Part shown: positions 9,621-19,705 of the stretch, piece after piece
How positions within the stretch are numbered: position 1 is the first letter of the stretch
How the letters are laid out: each line of letters opens with the position of its first letter
From: Bdellovibrionales bacterium
GTDB lineage: Bacteria; Bdellovibrionota; Bdellovibrionia; Bdellovibrionales; JAGQZY01
Length of the DNA: 53,805 nt
Assembly (NCBI GenBank): GCA_043764415.1
Contig: JAYUKO010000162.1
Coordinates: 1 to 53,805, forward strand
Direction of reading: 5' to 3'
Program-made: the position numbers and the translations under genes
Notes under the pieces: generated by a model
What the model saw: only the letters and a program-made list of their open reading frames with translations
Told to the model about the DNA's origin: nothing
Databases searched by the model: none

Positions 9621-11578
9621 AGCCCCAGGGGATTTTTATTACTGGCACTGACACCGGCGTGGGAAAAACCTTTGTGTCGGCGCTGTTGTGCCAGGTCCTA
9701 AAAAAACATAAAGAGATCTGTTACTGGAAGCCCGTGCAAAGCGGGTATGCGGAGGACGATGATACAACAACTGTTGTTCAACGCGCACAACTCACTGAAG
9801 CCCAGTGGTGTGCGCCCTCGTACCGCTTGCTTGCGCCCCTGTCTCCTGATCGGGCGGCCGTATTAGAGAACACTGTGATCGACGAAAAAAAAATACTCGA
9901 AGATTTTAAGGGGTTGGGAAACCGGTTTTTGATTTTGGAGGGCGCGGGCGGTTTGGAAGTGCCCCTCAATCAAACAACTCGCTTATCGGCTTTGATTAAA
10001 AAAATAAATTTACCTGTAGTGGTGGTGGCCTCCACTCGCTTGGGAACGATCAATCACACTTTGTTAACTGTGCAGCGGGCGCAGAGTTTGGGCCTGCAAG
10101 TTTTAGGTGTTGTTCTCAATGGCCCCGAAGACCCAGGGCTCGAAGAGGTGCTGCAGCGAGAGGGTATTTCGATATTGTTTTCGATTCCCCAGCTTGATGG
10201 CGATGAAGACGACGTCGATGGAAACGCAGCTGTTGTTGTGGATAACTTTCTGCAAACGGTGGAAAATAAAATTTTAAACGTTTTTAAGGTTTCAGAATCG
10301 GAAGATAAAACAAGTCACATCGACCGCGAGCATATTTGGCATCCCTTCACTCAACATGGCTTTGATAACGATTTCCCCGTGGTGGTGTCTGGCGAGGGCA
10401 GCTTGCTCACACTGGCAAGTGGCGAGGAACTTATCGATGGGATCTCTTCCTGGTGGGTCAATATTCACGGTCATGCAAATCCCACGCTGGCAAGTGCACT
10501 CACTCGGCAAGCCAACACCTTAGAGCATGTTATTTTTTCGGGCTACACCCATCAGCCGGCCAGCGATTTAACCCAGCGGCTTGTGGGTAAATTGAAATCC
10601 GTAAATCCTGAGTTGAAGCGCGTGTTTTTTTCGGACAATGGTTCCACGGCCGTGGAAGTGGCGCTGAAAATGGCGTATCAGTATCAAATCCAAAGCGGGC
10701 AAACCGCACGTAAAAAGTTCTTGGCCCTTAAAGGTTCGTACCATGGGGACACCTTGGCAGCCATGTCGGTGAGCGAGCGCGAAGGATTCCATCAGGTGTT
10801 TACACCGTTGATGGCACCCGTGGACTTTGCACAGCCCGATAATTTACAAGAGCTCGAACGATTGGATTTTTCGAAATACGCGGCAGTTATTTTTGAACCC
10901 TTAGTGCAGGGAGCTGGCGGAATGAGGTTTCACTCGGCGGCGTATTTGCAAAAGCTCTGTTCGAAAGCCAGAGAGGCTGGCGTTGTCATCGTGGCCGACG
11001 AGATCTTTACCGGTTTTTACCGAACGGGAAGTTATTTTGCTTGCGAGACAGCGGGAGTTCAGCCCGATGTGATGTGTCTTTCCAAAGGCATTACCGGTGG
11101 TTTTTTACCGCTGGCAGTGACCGTGGCCAGTGAACATATTTTTTCGGCTTTTAAGGCCAACGACATGTCTCAGGCCTTTTTGCACGGCCATTCCTACACT
11201 GGCAATCCTTTGTCCTGCGCGGTGGCTGTGGCGTCCATGGATCTGCTTGAAAACGCGGATGTTGTGCAACAGGTACAAAATATAGTTCGTTGGACGAAGG
11301 ATGAAATTCAGGCCTTGCACGAGCTCCCGATGGTGAGTGGGGCTCGAGCACTGGGGACCATTGGTGCATTTGAAATCAAAGACTCCGGCAATTATTTGCA
11401 TAGCGGGCTGTTTGCTAAGCGCTTTGCCAAAGCCTGTGAGGCCCGGGGTGTATTACTGCGACCCCTCGGCGGCACGGTGTACTGTGTTCCACCGTACTCA
11501 ACAACGCAAACGCAGTTTCAAAAAATTTACACAGCGATTCGCGACACACTTTTTGATGTGGAAAGAGGTTTGATATGA
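9614..11578 (+). CDS. bioDA: fused dethiobiotin synthetase / adenosylmethionine-8-amino-7-oxononanoate aminotransferase (BioD-BioA)
   Basis: N-terminal BioD P-loop 'FITGTDTGVGKTFVSALL' and 'LEGAGGLEVPL'. C-terminal class-III aminotransferase motifs 'IWHPFTQH', 'DNGSTAVEVALKMA', 'ADEIFTGFYRTG' and 'LSKGITGGFLPLA'. GTG start overlaps the bioF stop (GTGTTAA). Confidence 0.9.
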   Translation: MLKPQGIFITGTDTGVGKTFVSALLCQVLKKHKEICYWKPVQSGYAEDDDTTTVVQRAQLTEAQWCAPSYRLLAPLSPDRAAVLENTVIDEKKILEDFKGLGNRFLILEGAGGLEVPLNQTTRLSALIKKINLPVVVVASTRLGTINHTLLTVQRAQSLGLQVLGVVLNGPEDPGLEEVLQREGISILFSIPQLDGDEDDVDGNAAVVVDNFLQTVENKILNVFKVSESEDKTSHIDREHIWHPFTQHGFDNDFPVVVSGEGSLLTLASGEELIDGISSWWVNIHGHANPTLASALTRQANTLEHVIFSGYTHQPASDLTQRLVGKLKSVNPELKRVFFSDNGSTAVEVALKMAYQYQIQSGQTARKKFLALKGSYHGDTLAAMSVSEREGFHQVFTPLMAPVDFAQPDNLQELERLDFSKYAAVIFEPLVQGAGGMRFHSAAYLQKLCSKAREAGVVIVADEIFTGFYRTGSYFACETAGVQPDVMCLSKGITGGFLPLAVTVASEHIFSAFKANDMSQAFLHGHSYTGNPLSCAVAVASMDLLENADVVQQVQNIVRWTKDEIQALHELPMVSGARALGTIGAFEIKDSGNYLHSGLFAKRFAKACEARGVLLRPLGGTVYCVPPYSTTQTQFQKIYTAIRDTLFDVERGLI

Positions 11579-12210
11579 CAGAATGGCGAAAAATTTTAGC
11601 GGACGTCGTGAATCGGCCAGTAATCCACGGCCGATTTTTAAACACACTGAGCCTACTCGAGTACATCGGCGCCCGAAAAATTATGAAAAGCCAGGAAGAG
11701 GCGCGAATCACGCCCCAAACACTGGCCCATATGACCGAAGAAATTCGGCACGCGCAAATTATAAAAAAGCTCGCGCTGAAAATTGGTGGTGACGGGGTAA
11801 AGACGTACGCCGAGGACAGCCTCATTTGCGGTTATGAGGCCCGCGCGTATATTCAAGCAATTGATTCGGCAGCCTCGTCGGTTGTTGGGCCGAAGAATTC
11901 GTGGATTAATTATTTATTAACTACGTTAGTGATTGAGGAGCGTGCCCAGGAGCTGTATCCGTTCTACGACGAGCTTTTGATTCCCCTAGGACTGGGTGGT
12001 CCTTTAAGAGCCATATTTCGTGAGGAAGAAGGCCATCTCGAACAAGTCATCACAGCGCTCAAAGAAAATGGCAGAATTACAGAAACACAGCTTGAGCTGG
12101 TTCGGCAGGAAGAACGGATTTACTTCACTGCATTTTTTGCAGCCGTTGCAGAGAGGATGCTGGAAGCGCCCAGCACCCTTTCTGAAAATAAGACTACGAT
12201 TTTGTCTTGA
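11575..12210 (+). CDS. ferritin-like diiron-carboxylate protein of unknown function (last gene of bio operon)
   Basis: 211-aa ORF, ATGA-coupled to bioDA. Four-helix diiron pattern E...ExxH...E...ExxH: 'LSLLEYIG', 'MTEEIRHAQ', 'LVIEERAQE', 'FREEEGHLE'. Confidence 0.5.
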   Translation: MTEWRKILADVVNRPVIHGRFLNTLSLLEYIGARKIMKSQEEARITPQTLAHMTEEIRHAQIIKKLALKIGGDGVKTYAEDSLICGYEARAYIQAIDSAASSVVGPKNSWINYLLTTLVIEERAQELYPFYDELLIPLGLGGPLRAIFREEEGHLEQVITALKENGRITETQLELVRQEERIYFTAFFAAVAERMLEAPSTLSENKTTILS

Positions 12211-12793
12211 TAGTAAATGCGAGGTCGATGTTATTTTTAATAACTTTGTCTTTGGCTGATTTTACAAGATCAGGAACAAAAGATTTTGAATTATATTTCA
12301 CATCAAACTTCGTGCGATCCAATTCAAGTTTACCACTGGCCATCATTACGGCACCGTCTTTTTTAACAGTGACTGGAATCTTTACGACGTCCGTTTTTCC
12401 ACGGATGGTGGCTTTCCCTTCAAAGATTTGCTCCGTGGCGGATTTTGCAGTCACCTTAGTGATTACAAATTTAGCTTCTTTATGGTTTGCCACATCAAAA
12501 AAATCTGCAGACTTAAGATGACCCACTAACTTTGCATTCATGGCAGCGTCAGTTAAATCTGTATTCTTGATGGAATCCATATCAATCGTAAACTCACCAC
12601 CGGTGATTTTATCGCCATCAACAGTTAAAAAACCATTGGATAAGGCAACAGTTCCCGAGTGCTTATCGCTTAAAAATTCTTTGCCACCAGTCCAATTAAT
12701 TGTGCTGGCTGTGGTATCAATCATTTTTTGTGCAGGTGCCGCCAGGGCAACCGCTGGAACAAACGCTAATAGCGCGACTACTTTTTTAAACAT
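12194..12793 (-). CDS. YceI-family periplasmic (polyisoprenoid-binding) protein
   Basis: Signal peptide MFKKVVALLAFVPAVALAAPA, 'INWTGGK', 'FTIDMDSIKN' and 'LVGHLKSADFFDVANHKEAKF', typical of YceI-like domains. Confidence 0.8.
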   Translation of the reverse strand: MFKKVVALLAFVPAVALAAPAQKMIDTTASTINWTGGKEFLSDKHSGTVALSNGFLTVDGDKITGGEFTIDMDSIKNTDLTDAAMNAKLVGHLKSADFFDVANHKEAKFVITKVTAKSATEQIFEGKATIRGKTDVVKIPVTVKKDGAVMMASGKLELDRTKFDVKYNSKSFVPDLVKSAKDKVIKNNIDLAFTIKTKS

Positions 12794-12828
12794 TACTTTC
12801 TCCTTTTTATCTCTCTAACATCGAGAGG

Positions 12829-13236
12829 TTATTTTTTTAATGAATCACGAATTTCTCTCAAGAGGAGAACGTCCTCAGGAGTTGGTGCCGGGATCGGTGC
12901 CGACGCCGAAGCTTGTGGTGCTTTTTTCATCCGGTTCATCATTTTGATGACGGCGAAGAGGCAAAAAGCCACAATCACAAAATCAAGAACAGTCTGCAGA
13001 AAAAATCCATACCCGATGGCGACTTCGCCTTTGCCATCAGCACCTGCTTCAACGATGACTGCTTTTAAGCTCGTAAAGTCCACGCCGCCCATCAAAACGC
13101 CGATGATTGGCATTAAAATTTTATCGACCATGGAGGAAACAATCTTACCAAAAGCACCACCGATGATAACACCGACAGCAAGGTCCACGACATTGCCCTT
13201 CATCGCAAACTCTTTAAACTCTTTCACTACGCTCAC
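12829..13236 (-). CDS. mscL: large-conductance mechanosensitive channel
   Basis: '[41 protein letters not shown]' is the canonical MscL N-terminus. 135 aa. Confidence 0.95.
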   Translation of the reverse strand: MSVVKEFKEFAMKGNVVDLAVGVIIGGAFGKIVSSMVDKILMPIIGVLMGGVDFTSLKAVIVEAGADGKGEVAIGYGFFLQTVLDFVIVAFCLFAVIKMMNRMKKAPQASASAPIPAPTPEDVLLLREIRDSLKK

Positions 13237-13340
13237 GCTGACTCCTTGTTTAGTACTACGGCGAATATACTATGCTAGTATTTTCGTTGAAAGCAAGAAA
13301 TGAGCTCGTTATAGTTGATATGCATATCCAGGAGGATTTC

Positions 13341-16151
13341 ATGGTTCGATTTTTGTGTTTCAGTCTCGTGCTTATTGTTAGTTCATGTTCAATAAGTAAG
13401 CAGCCCAGCGTCAATTCGCAAAATATCAACGGAATGGAATTTTCCTCTCTGGTTTTACCAAACCAATTGGATGTGTTGATCGTGTCTGATGCGCGATTTA
13501 AAAAATCGTCTGCGGCCATGGCCGTCGCGGTGGGCTCCCTCGAGGATCCAGAGAACGCCCAGGGGATGGCGCATTATCTCGAGCACATGTTATTTTTGGG
13601 CACCAAAGAATTTCCAAAATCAGACGAGTACTCAACCTTTATGGAAACCAACGGTGGTTGGGACAACGCCTACACCTCCGATGAAGTAACCAACTACATG
13701 TTCGAAGTGGACAACCAAGCCATTGATGGGGCTCTCCATCGGTTTTCTCGGTTTTTTAGTTCGCCACTTTTTGATGCTACGTATCTTGAGCGGGAAAAAA
13801 ATGCGGTGAATAGCGAATTCGAAAAAAACATCAAACAAGATGGCTGGCGTGTGGACCGGTATATTAACACTCTCGCTGGGCAAAACCACCCGTACCGAAA
13901 ATTTAGTACAGGGAACGTCAAAACACTGAAGTCTGTCAATCGGGACAACGTGATTACTTTTTATAAAAAATACTACTCGGCGAACAATATGAAGCTAGTG
14001 GTCATGAGCTCACTTCCGACCAAGGAAATCCGCGCGCAGGTTACAAAGTATTTTTCCGATGTTCCCAATTTTAATACGACCAAACCGGTTTATGAAGACG
14101 CATATTTCGATGCGAAAATTCAGCAACATTTGCACTTTATTAAAACCATTAACGATAAAGAGGAAATGACGATTCTATTCAATGTTCCCGATGAGACGAA
14201 ATTTTGGAAAACAAAGCCTTTGGCCATTGTTAGCAAGCTTTTGGGTGATGAGGGACCAGGTTCAGTGTTATCGGTTTTGAAAAAGGAGGGCTTAGCTCTC
14301 GAAATGGCCGTGAGTCAAGATTTCTGGCGCACACTTTCTGTGGATGTAACACTCACCCCAAAGGGTCGAAAGCAGTACCAAAGAGTTCTCTCTGTGATCG
14401 AAAAGTACATGCAACATATGCGCGAGCAAAAATATCCTGAATATATTTTTAAAGATGAAAGCGCTGTGCGCAAAATCGCCTTGGACAATCTGGAGCCGTC
14501 GTCTTCGGGTCAGCGGGCAGCAAGTTTTGCAAAAAGCCTTATCGACTTTCCGGCTAAGGATTTTTTAGCGAGAAACTATCTTATTCAAGAATATTCTCCC
14601 AAAGATTTTCAATTATTTTTAGATATGTTGGATTTTAAAAAAGCACACGTTCTTATCCTCGGTAAAAACGAAAAGACCAATCGCAAAGAGTCGATCTTTG
14701 GCGTTGAGTATCAGCAGGCAAAACTTGAGTTTCCGGTTCTAAAAACTGAGTTGGCTTTAAAATACCCAGAGGAAAATAAATATATTCCCACTGATTTTTC
14801 TTTGATTGCCGGGAAACGCCTGGTCGCCGAGCCACAGACGAAAAAAACACCCTCTGGCACCGAAATCTTCGTGCGCACGGACACCGAACTGGGTGTGGCT
14901 AAATCCACCATTCGATTTACAATTCAAGGAGCCGCCGCCACAACGGCCCGCGAGGCGGCGTTGTTGGCTCTCTTTGTTATGGGCAAGGAAGAGGAGCTTC
15001 GTGAGTGGTCCTATCCAATCTCCGAAGCTGGAGCACGCTTTGATATAAGCTCTGGCGAAATTCCCCGCGAAATGGTGATTACGGTTTCGGGGTATAGCCA
15101 AAGATTAAAGGAAATATTTCGCGACGGAGTGGGCAGCGCCAGCACCAATCGTCAACTGCAAGTCATGAACATTAACAAAGCCACTTTTGAAGATATGAAA
15201 CTGCGCTTTGTCCGCGATCTTTCAAATCTCGAAGAGGCCGTGGCCGCCAATCGTTTGGGTGTCGAAGTTAGACACATGCAAAATGCCCAGTCTATCCATT
15301 GGAAAGAGCTTTTAAAAGAAGTTCGCAAGGCACGCATCGACGACGTGAAGGCTTTTGCTAAAAAGTTTTTTTCGAAAATCTCTGTTCGCGCCATAGCCTA
15401 CGGAAACATCGACTTGCAAACCGTTGAGGGCATGCTGAGCTTGTTGCCGCTGGCAGAGGGGGAGCTAGAAAAAATAAAATACCGAGTTGTGCCAGGTCAA
15501 AAAACCTATTCGGGTCCGATCAAGGGTCAGAATAACAACCATGCGATGATCACGATGTACAACATGGCGCCGTGGTCCGTGGAAAATCACGCGCGAGTTC
15601 TTGTGCTGAGTCAGCTTGTGTCTCAACCCTATTTTTCCGAGCTAAGAACAAATCAGCAGCTGGGTTACGTGGCTCGCGCTGGCGGCGTTCATCAAAGTGG
15701 CTTTGTTGGGTTGAGCTCAATGTTGCAATCGCCGAAGGTTGCGTCGGTAACGTTGCAAGAAAAGTCCCATGCGTTTTTAGTGCAGTTCTTGCAACAAAAA
15801 ATAGGAACTTTGACGGATGCGGAGTTGAAGCCGATTTTAAGCTCCATCGAAAATGAACTTTTAATGCAGCCAACCACTCTTCCCGAGCGTGAAGCTGAGT
15901 TTTTTCAGGCAGCGGTAAAATACGAAGGGCGCTTTACGATTCGCAAAGACATCGCGGCGGCGGTCAAAAAAATCAACGCCCAGCAAATGAAGGAGTTTAT
16001 CCAGGCGCACTTTTTAATACAAAAGCCTGCCACGGTATCACTTTTTTATTTTGGAACTGGAACAAATCTGGACAAGAAAAAGTTACCGGGCAATATTTTT
16101 GAAAAGACGGGCGACGTGGCATGGGACGTAGTAAATCCCTACGTGCGCTAA
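13341..16151 (+). CDS. M16-family (insulinase/pitrilysin-like) zinc peptidase, probable lipoprotein
   Basis: Inverted zinc motif 'HYLEHMLF' (HxxEH) with downstream 'EREKNAVNSEF'. ATG at 13341 is preferred (AGGAGGA upstream; MVRFLCFSLVLIVSSC signal/lipobox) over the ORF-track start at 13272. Confidence 0.85.
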   Translation: MVRFLCFSLVLIVSSCSISKQPSVNSQNINGMEFSSLVLPNQLDVLIVSDARFKKSSAAMAVAVGSLEDPENAQGMAHYLEHMLFLGTKEFPKSDEYSTFMETNGGWDNAYTSDEVTNYMFEVDNQAIDGALHRFSRFFSSPLFDATYLEREKNAVNSEFEKNIKQDGWRVDRYINTLAGQNHPYRKFSTGNVKTLKSVNRDNVITFYKKYYSANNMKLVVMSSLPTKEIRAQVTKYFSDVPNFNTTKPVYEDAYFDAKIQQHLHFIKTINDKEEMTILFNVPDETKFWKTKPLAIVSKLLGDEGPGSVLSVLKKEGLALEMAVSQDFWRTLSVDVTLTPKGRKQYQRVLSVIEKYMQHMREQKYPEYIFKDESAVRKIALDNLEPSSSGQRAASFAKSLIDFPAKDFLARNYLIQEYSPKDFQLFLDMLDFKKAHVLILGKNEKTNRKESIFGVEYQQAKLEFPVLKTELALKYPEENKYIPTDFSLIAGKRLVAEPQTKKTPSGTEIFVRTDTELGVAKSTIRFTIQGAAATTAREAALLALFVMGKEEELREWSYPISEAGARFDISSGEIPREMVITVSGYSQRLKEIFRDGVGSASTNRQLQVMNINKATFEDMKLRFVRDLSNLEEAVAANRLGVEVRHMQNAQSIHWKELLKEVRKARIDDVKAFAKKFFSKISVRAIAYGNIDLQTVEGMLSLLPLAEGELEKIKYRVVPGQKTYSGPIKGQNNNHAMITMYNMAPWSVENHARVLVLSQLVSQPYFSELRTNQQLGYVARAGGVHQSGFVGLSSMLQSPKVASVTLQEKSHAFLVQFLQQKIGTLTDAELKPILSSIENELLMQPTTLPEREAEFFQAAVKYEGRFTIRKDIAAAVKKINAQQMKEFIQAHFLIQKPATVSLFYFGTGTNLDKKKLPGNIFEKTGDVAWDVVNPYVR

Positions 16152-16168
16152 GTTTTAATCAAATTAAA

Positions 16169-17002
16169 TCACACAGGCGCGATGGCTTGCGCCTGCATAA
16201 ATGAGTACAGAAAAACAGCGTTGGGATTTTTCTGCGCTTTTTTGAGTTCTAGCATTCCAGCATCCACAACTTCTTGTGTAACGTAGCCCGCTTTCACCAA
16301 CTGATCGGCCGCACTCAAAAGCAACTCAGCCCAGTACTCAATAATTTTTCGCCGCTTCTCGGGCTGTCTGTTATCTAAGTGCCAGGTAATAACCTCGGTT
16401 TTTATCTTCTGAAACCCCACGGCGGATAAAAAGTTGCCAAGCTTTGCACCTACGAAGGGATCCCCGGCGCCATCGAATTGATAGTCGTTAAAAGCCATCC
16501 AGTATTTCCATAAATTTGGAGAGTAGGGATCAAGAAAAAATGAAGAGTTCACAACTTCGGTGATATAAACCACGCCGCCGGGGCGCAAAACACGGCGAAC
16601 TTCGTTCAAGATTTGCAATGGATCTGGTACATGCTCCAGAACCCAACATAAAAAAGCCCCATCAAAAGAGTGCGCAGTAAAATCCATGTTCTGTGCGTCC
16701 ATTTTTTGGATCGTATAGCGTCCTTTAGCAAGAGGCTGCTGTTCGAGACTGGCCTGCGCGGCGACCAACTGTTCTTCATTGAGGTCGATCCCCGTTATTT
16801 TGATTTGTGGAAAACGACGTAGGATAATGGAGGTTTGAGCCCCAACGCCGCAACCCACCTCTAGGAGGTTGCGAACTTCGGTTAAATCGACGTTCTTGTA
16901 AACCGTGTGTTCTGCAAATTCTGCCTGTCGACGTAAACGATCTTGTTCGAGGGGGGAGTAACCATGGAGGTAGGGAAGAGAATTTTGGTCTTTTTTGGCC
17001 AT
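16169..17002 (-). CDS. class I SAM-dependent methyltransferase
   Basis: Motif I 'LLEVGCGVGAQT', 'GIDLNEEQL' and 'LRPGGVVYI'. Confidence 0.8.
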   Translation of the reverse strand: MAKKDQNSLPYLHGYSPLEQDRLRRQAEFAEHTVYKNVDLTEVRNLLEVGCGVGAQTSIILRRFPQIKITGIDLNEEQLVAAQASLEQQPLAKGRYTIQKMDAQNMDFTAHSFDGAFLCWVLEHVPDPLQILNEVRRVLRPGGVVYITEVVNSSFFLDPYSPNLWKYWMAFNDYQFDGAGDPFVGAKLGNFLSAVGFQKIKTEVITWHLDNRQPEKRRKIIEYWAELLLSAADQLVKAGYVTQEVVDAGMLELKKAQKNPNAVFLYSFMQAQAIAPV

Positions 17003-17044
17003 GGGTTATTTTTAAAGGAGAATGGCCGACGCTGCAACTAAAAG

Positions 17045-17072
17045 AAACATGGGTCACGAACGACCCATGTTT
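17045..17072 (-). terminator. rho-independent terminator candidate after the 65-aa gene
   Basis: Perfect 11-bp inverted repeat AAACATGGGTC / GACCCATGTTT with a 6-nt loop. T-rich tracts follow on both strands (minus strand: CTTTTAG; plus strand: TTTTG). Confidence 0.5.
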
Positions 17073-17088
17073 TTGCCCTTAAAAGCGA

Positions 17089-17286
17089 TTAAGCGTTTTC
17101 AGCGGGCGCCGCTTCGGCAGGGGCTTCTTTTTTCTTAGGAGGAGCTTTAAACAAGCCTTCTTTGGTAAGAATCTCAATTTTTTTCTCTGCGTTGATCCAC
17201 TTGTTGTTATGGGCATCTAAAACGCAATAACGGCCACTCGATTTTTTGAATACTTTGTATTCTTTTGTCTCTTTAACCTTTTCCAT
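17089..17286 (-). CDS. small lysine-rich hypothetical protein
   Basis: 65-aa ORF (MEKVKETKEYKVFKKSSGRYCVLDAHNNKWINAEKK...KKKEAPAEAAPAENA). It starts 2 nt after the upstream gene's stop and is followed by a strong hairpin. Confidence 0.5.
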   Translation of the reverse strand: MEKVKETKEYKVFKKSSGRYCVLDAHNNKWINAEKKIEILTKEGLFKAPPKKKEAPAEAAPAENA

Positions 17287-17288
17287 TT

Positions 17289-19703
17289 TTACTCCTTAAT
17301 GGGTTTGAGGCTCGGACTAGAACCCACCAAACGAGTCTTCGTCAAGGCCTTAACGGCGAGAATAAGAAAGACAGCGATATAGCAAAGCAAACCGACTTGG
17401 ATTACAAAGGCAAAGCCAAAAGTCTCAGACAAGTTGGGGGCGTGTAGACCGGCTAAAGTTCCTCCGATTCCGTTGAAAGCCCAAGCCCAGGGAATGAGTT
17501 GAGGTTCGTTTTCGGCGATATCGGTGAGTGCAGGAGCGAACTGATTGCCCATCAAGAATCCAAGGGGAAAAATCACAGCAAAAACAGATAGAATTCTCGC
17601 TAAAAAGCTGAGGCCCAGTATATTTTGCAAGATCAGACTATGAGTAAAGTAAAATACTGAAAGTAATAAAATGAGGGCGGCCAAAAGCCAAAAAGTAGAA
17701 TTCTTGGTATGAAATCGGCTGGAATAGAGACTGCCGATTCCTGTGGAAAGGATAAGACCTGCTACGGCGATCGCAGTTGTCCAGCCGGCTGTTTCTAAAG
17801 CGATGGAAACCACATGAACAATGCCCATTTCAATAAACATAAAGCCAAGTCCTATAAAAGAAAAAAGGAGAGATGACGAAACGACCGACGAGCTCCAAGG
17901 CGAAGGACCCCATATGATAAGGGGTCCAAATGTTGTGATTATGGCGAAGAGAGACAACGCAAAAACAAACATCAGAGGATACCACTTTTTAATGCTACGC
18001 GAAGTTATGCCCTGGAAAACATACTTCCATTCCTCTAGATCAAGCCATTTAAAATGATTACCTAAAAATAAAGAGTACGGAGTGTCATCGGTGCTTACAG
18101 AAAACCTCAGATTGTGGGGGCGACCGATTTCTTGAATTGTCTGGGATAGATTCGAGGTATGTAAAACTTTATAATACGGCCAATTGCTGTCCTCGGGCAT
18201 TGAAGGATCGTAAATAACTTTAAAACTCAAAGTTTTTGAAACTCGTCGTACGTCTTCAATATTTTTTGCTGTAAACCCATCGGGTTTTATTAAGGCGAAA
18301 TTTTCATCGGCAAGATGTAGCCAGTTATTATTTCGGGTAGGATCGTGCACTATCATGACTGTGCTCTCAATATTTTTTATACCGATCTCTTCGAAAGCGG
18401 TTCGAAGGGTCGAAAGTAGATTAACCTTGTTGGAATTCATAACGGCGATAAGCCCGTCTGGGTTTAAACGCTTTACGATGCTTTTGAACGCCTCGGTCGT
18501 AAACATAAACTGTGCTGTATGTCCCACGGCACCTGTAACGTAAGCGATAGTCGAGCCGCTCCAGGAAAGCAGTATAAGATCAAATTTTTTGTCAGTACTT
18601 TCTAAGTAAGCGCGAGCCTCTGTAATTTCCATGTGCACGTTGGGCTTATTAAAAAAGCTTTCTAGATTAAAAGATTTATCTTCGAGAGCTCGCTCGACGA
18701 GCTTTGGGTTTAATTCGATGCCGGTAAAATCACCTTTGCCTTGAGAATATCTGTAAAGATCAATCATGTCGCGAGCAGCGCCCGCAAATAAAACCAGCGA
18801 GCTTTCGGGCGTTTTGTGGGCATTTAAAAGGGGAGCAAGTTTGTCACTGAAATCGCTTTTTAAACTTTCATCAAACGGATAAACATAAGCATGTCCGTAT
18901 CCGTTCCCAATGACCATAATTCGCGCTTCCCAACCAGGTTTATTGACTTGTAGGTACGTTGTCCGTGAATAACTCGTCCAATCGTGCCAGAGTTCGGTCA
19001 CTTTTTTTGACTGATCGTAATTTCTAGCCATCACATTCAATTGCGGGCGTGGTTCAAGATGCCCAGTCTTCAAGCCAAAAATCGTTAAAACCATAATTAT
19101 TAAACTTCCAGCGATATTAGTGCGAGTTCGCAGTTTTGCATCAATAGTGACAGGGAGTATGCAAAAACCCAGCATAAGGAGTACACAACTCGAATAACCG
19201 CCCCAATAATCCACAGACAGCACGGCTAGCACGCACCCTGCAGCCCCGCATATCAATTCAAGAGCGTAAACCTTGGACACTTTATCGGTCGGAATAATTT
19301 GAAAGGTGTATCCGATTAAAACCGAAAATAAAAAGAACGGGACCGAAGACAGCGCTCCCAGCAGCGGGGTCCATAGAGCACTTATTTGCAGAATAGCAGC
19401 CGCCGTTCCCTCCTTGCCCCCTACGATCATCATTTCTTCGATTTGCAAATTAAAAAAGCGTGATACCCAATGGCCTGCAAACAAAACGGTCAAAATCGAA
19501 GTTGGAAATAACAGGAAAAATTTTTCCGGTCGTATCTGAGTTTTAGGTCGCACAGCGAGGTACACCCCACCGGCAGAGAGTCCGATCATCGCGATACCGA
19601 GAACCAAATAGGTGTATTCTGGATTAAAGAAAAAGGCGAGCCAGATGGATAGAAATATCTCGAACATAAACAAAGCAATTGCGGAAGTTGCAATAAAAAC
19701 CAT
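17289..19703 (-). CDS. polytopic membrane protein with central spermidine-synthase-like (class I MTase fold) domain
   Basis: 804 aa. Multiple hydrophobic helices at both ends. The central soluble region has 'SLVLFAGAARDM', 'FTGIELNPKLVERA', 'FDLILLSWSGS' and 'LNPDGLIAV', resembling the aminopropyltransferase/MTase fold. Confidence 0.65.
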   Translation of the reverse strand: MVFIATSAIALFMFEIFLSIWLAFFFNPEYTYLVLGIAMIGLSAGGVYLAVRPKTQIRPEKFFLLFPTSILTVLFAGHWVSRFFNLQIEEMMIVGGKEGTAAAILQISALWTPLLGALSSVPFFLFSVLIGYTFQIIPTDKVSKVYALELICGAAGCVLAVLSVDYWGGYSSCVLLMLGFCILPVTIDAKLRTRTNIAGSLIIMVLTIFGLKTGHLEPRPQLNVMARNYDQSKKVTELWHDWTSYSRTTYLQVNKPGWEARIMVIGNGYGHAYVYPFDESLKSDFSDKLAPLLNAHKTPESSLVLFAGAARDMIDLYRYSQGKGDFTGIELNPKLVERALEDKSFNLESFFNKPNVHMEITEARAYLESTDKKFDLILLSWSGSTIAYVTGAVGHTAQFMFTTEAFKSIVKRLNPDGLIAVMNSNKVNLLSTLRTAFEEIGIKNIESTVMIVHDPTRNNNWLHLADENFALIKPDGFTAKNIEDVRRVSKTLSFKVIYDPSMPEDSNWPYYKVLHTSNLSQTIQEIGRPHNLRFSVSTDDTPYSLFLGNHFKWLDLEEWKYVFQGITSRSIKKWYPLMFVFALSLFAIITTFGPLIIWGPSPWSSSVVSSSLLFSFIGLGFMFIEMGIVHVVSIALETAGWTTAIAVAGLILSTGIGSLYSSRFHTKNSTFWLLAALILLLSVFYFTHSLILQNILGLSFLARILSVFAVIFPLGFLMGNQFAPALTDIAENEPQLIPWAWAFNGIGGTLAGLHAPNLSETFGFAFVIQVGLLCYIAVFLILAVKALTKTRLVGSSPSLKPIKE

Positions 19704-19705
19704 TA

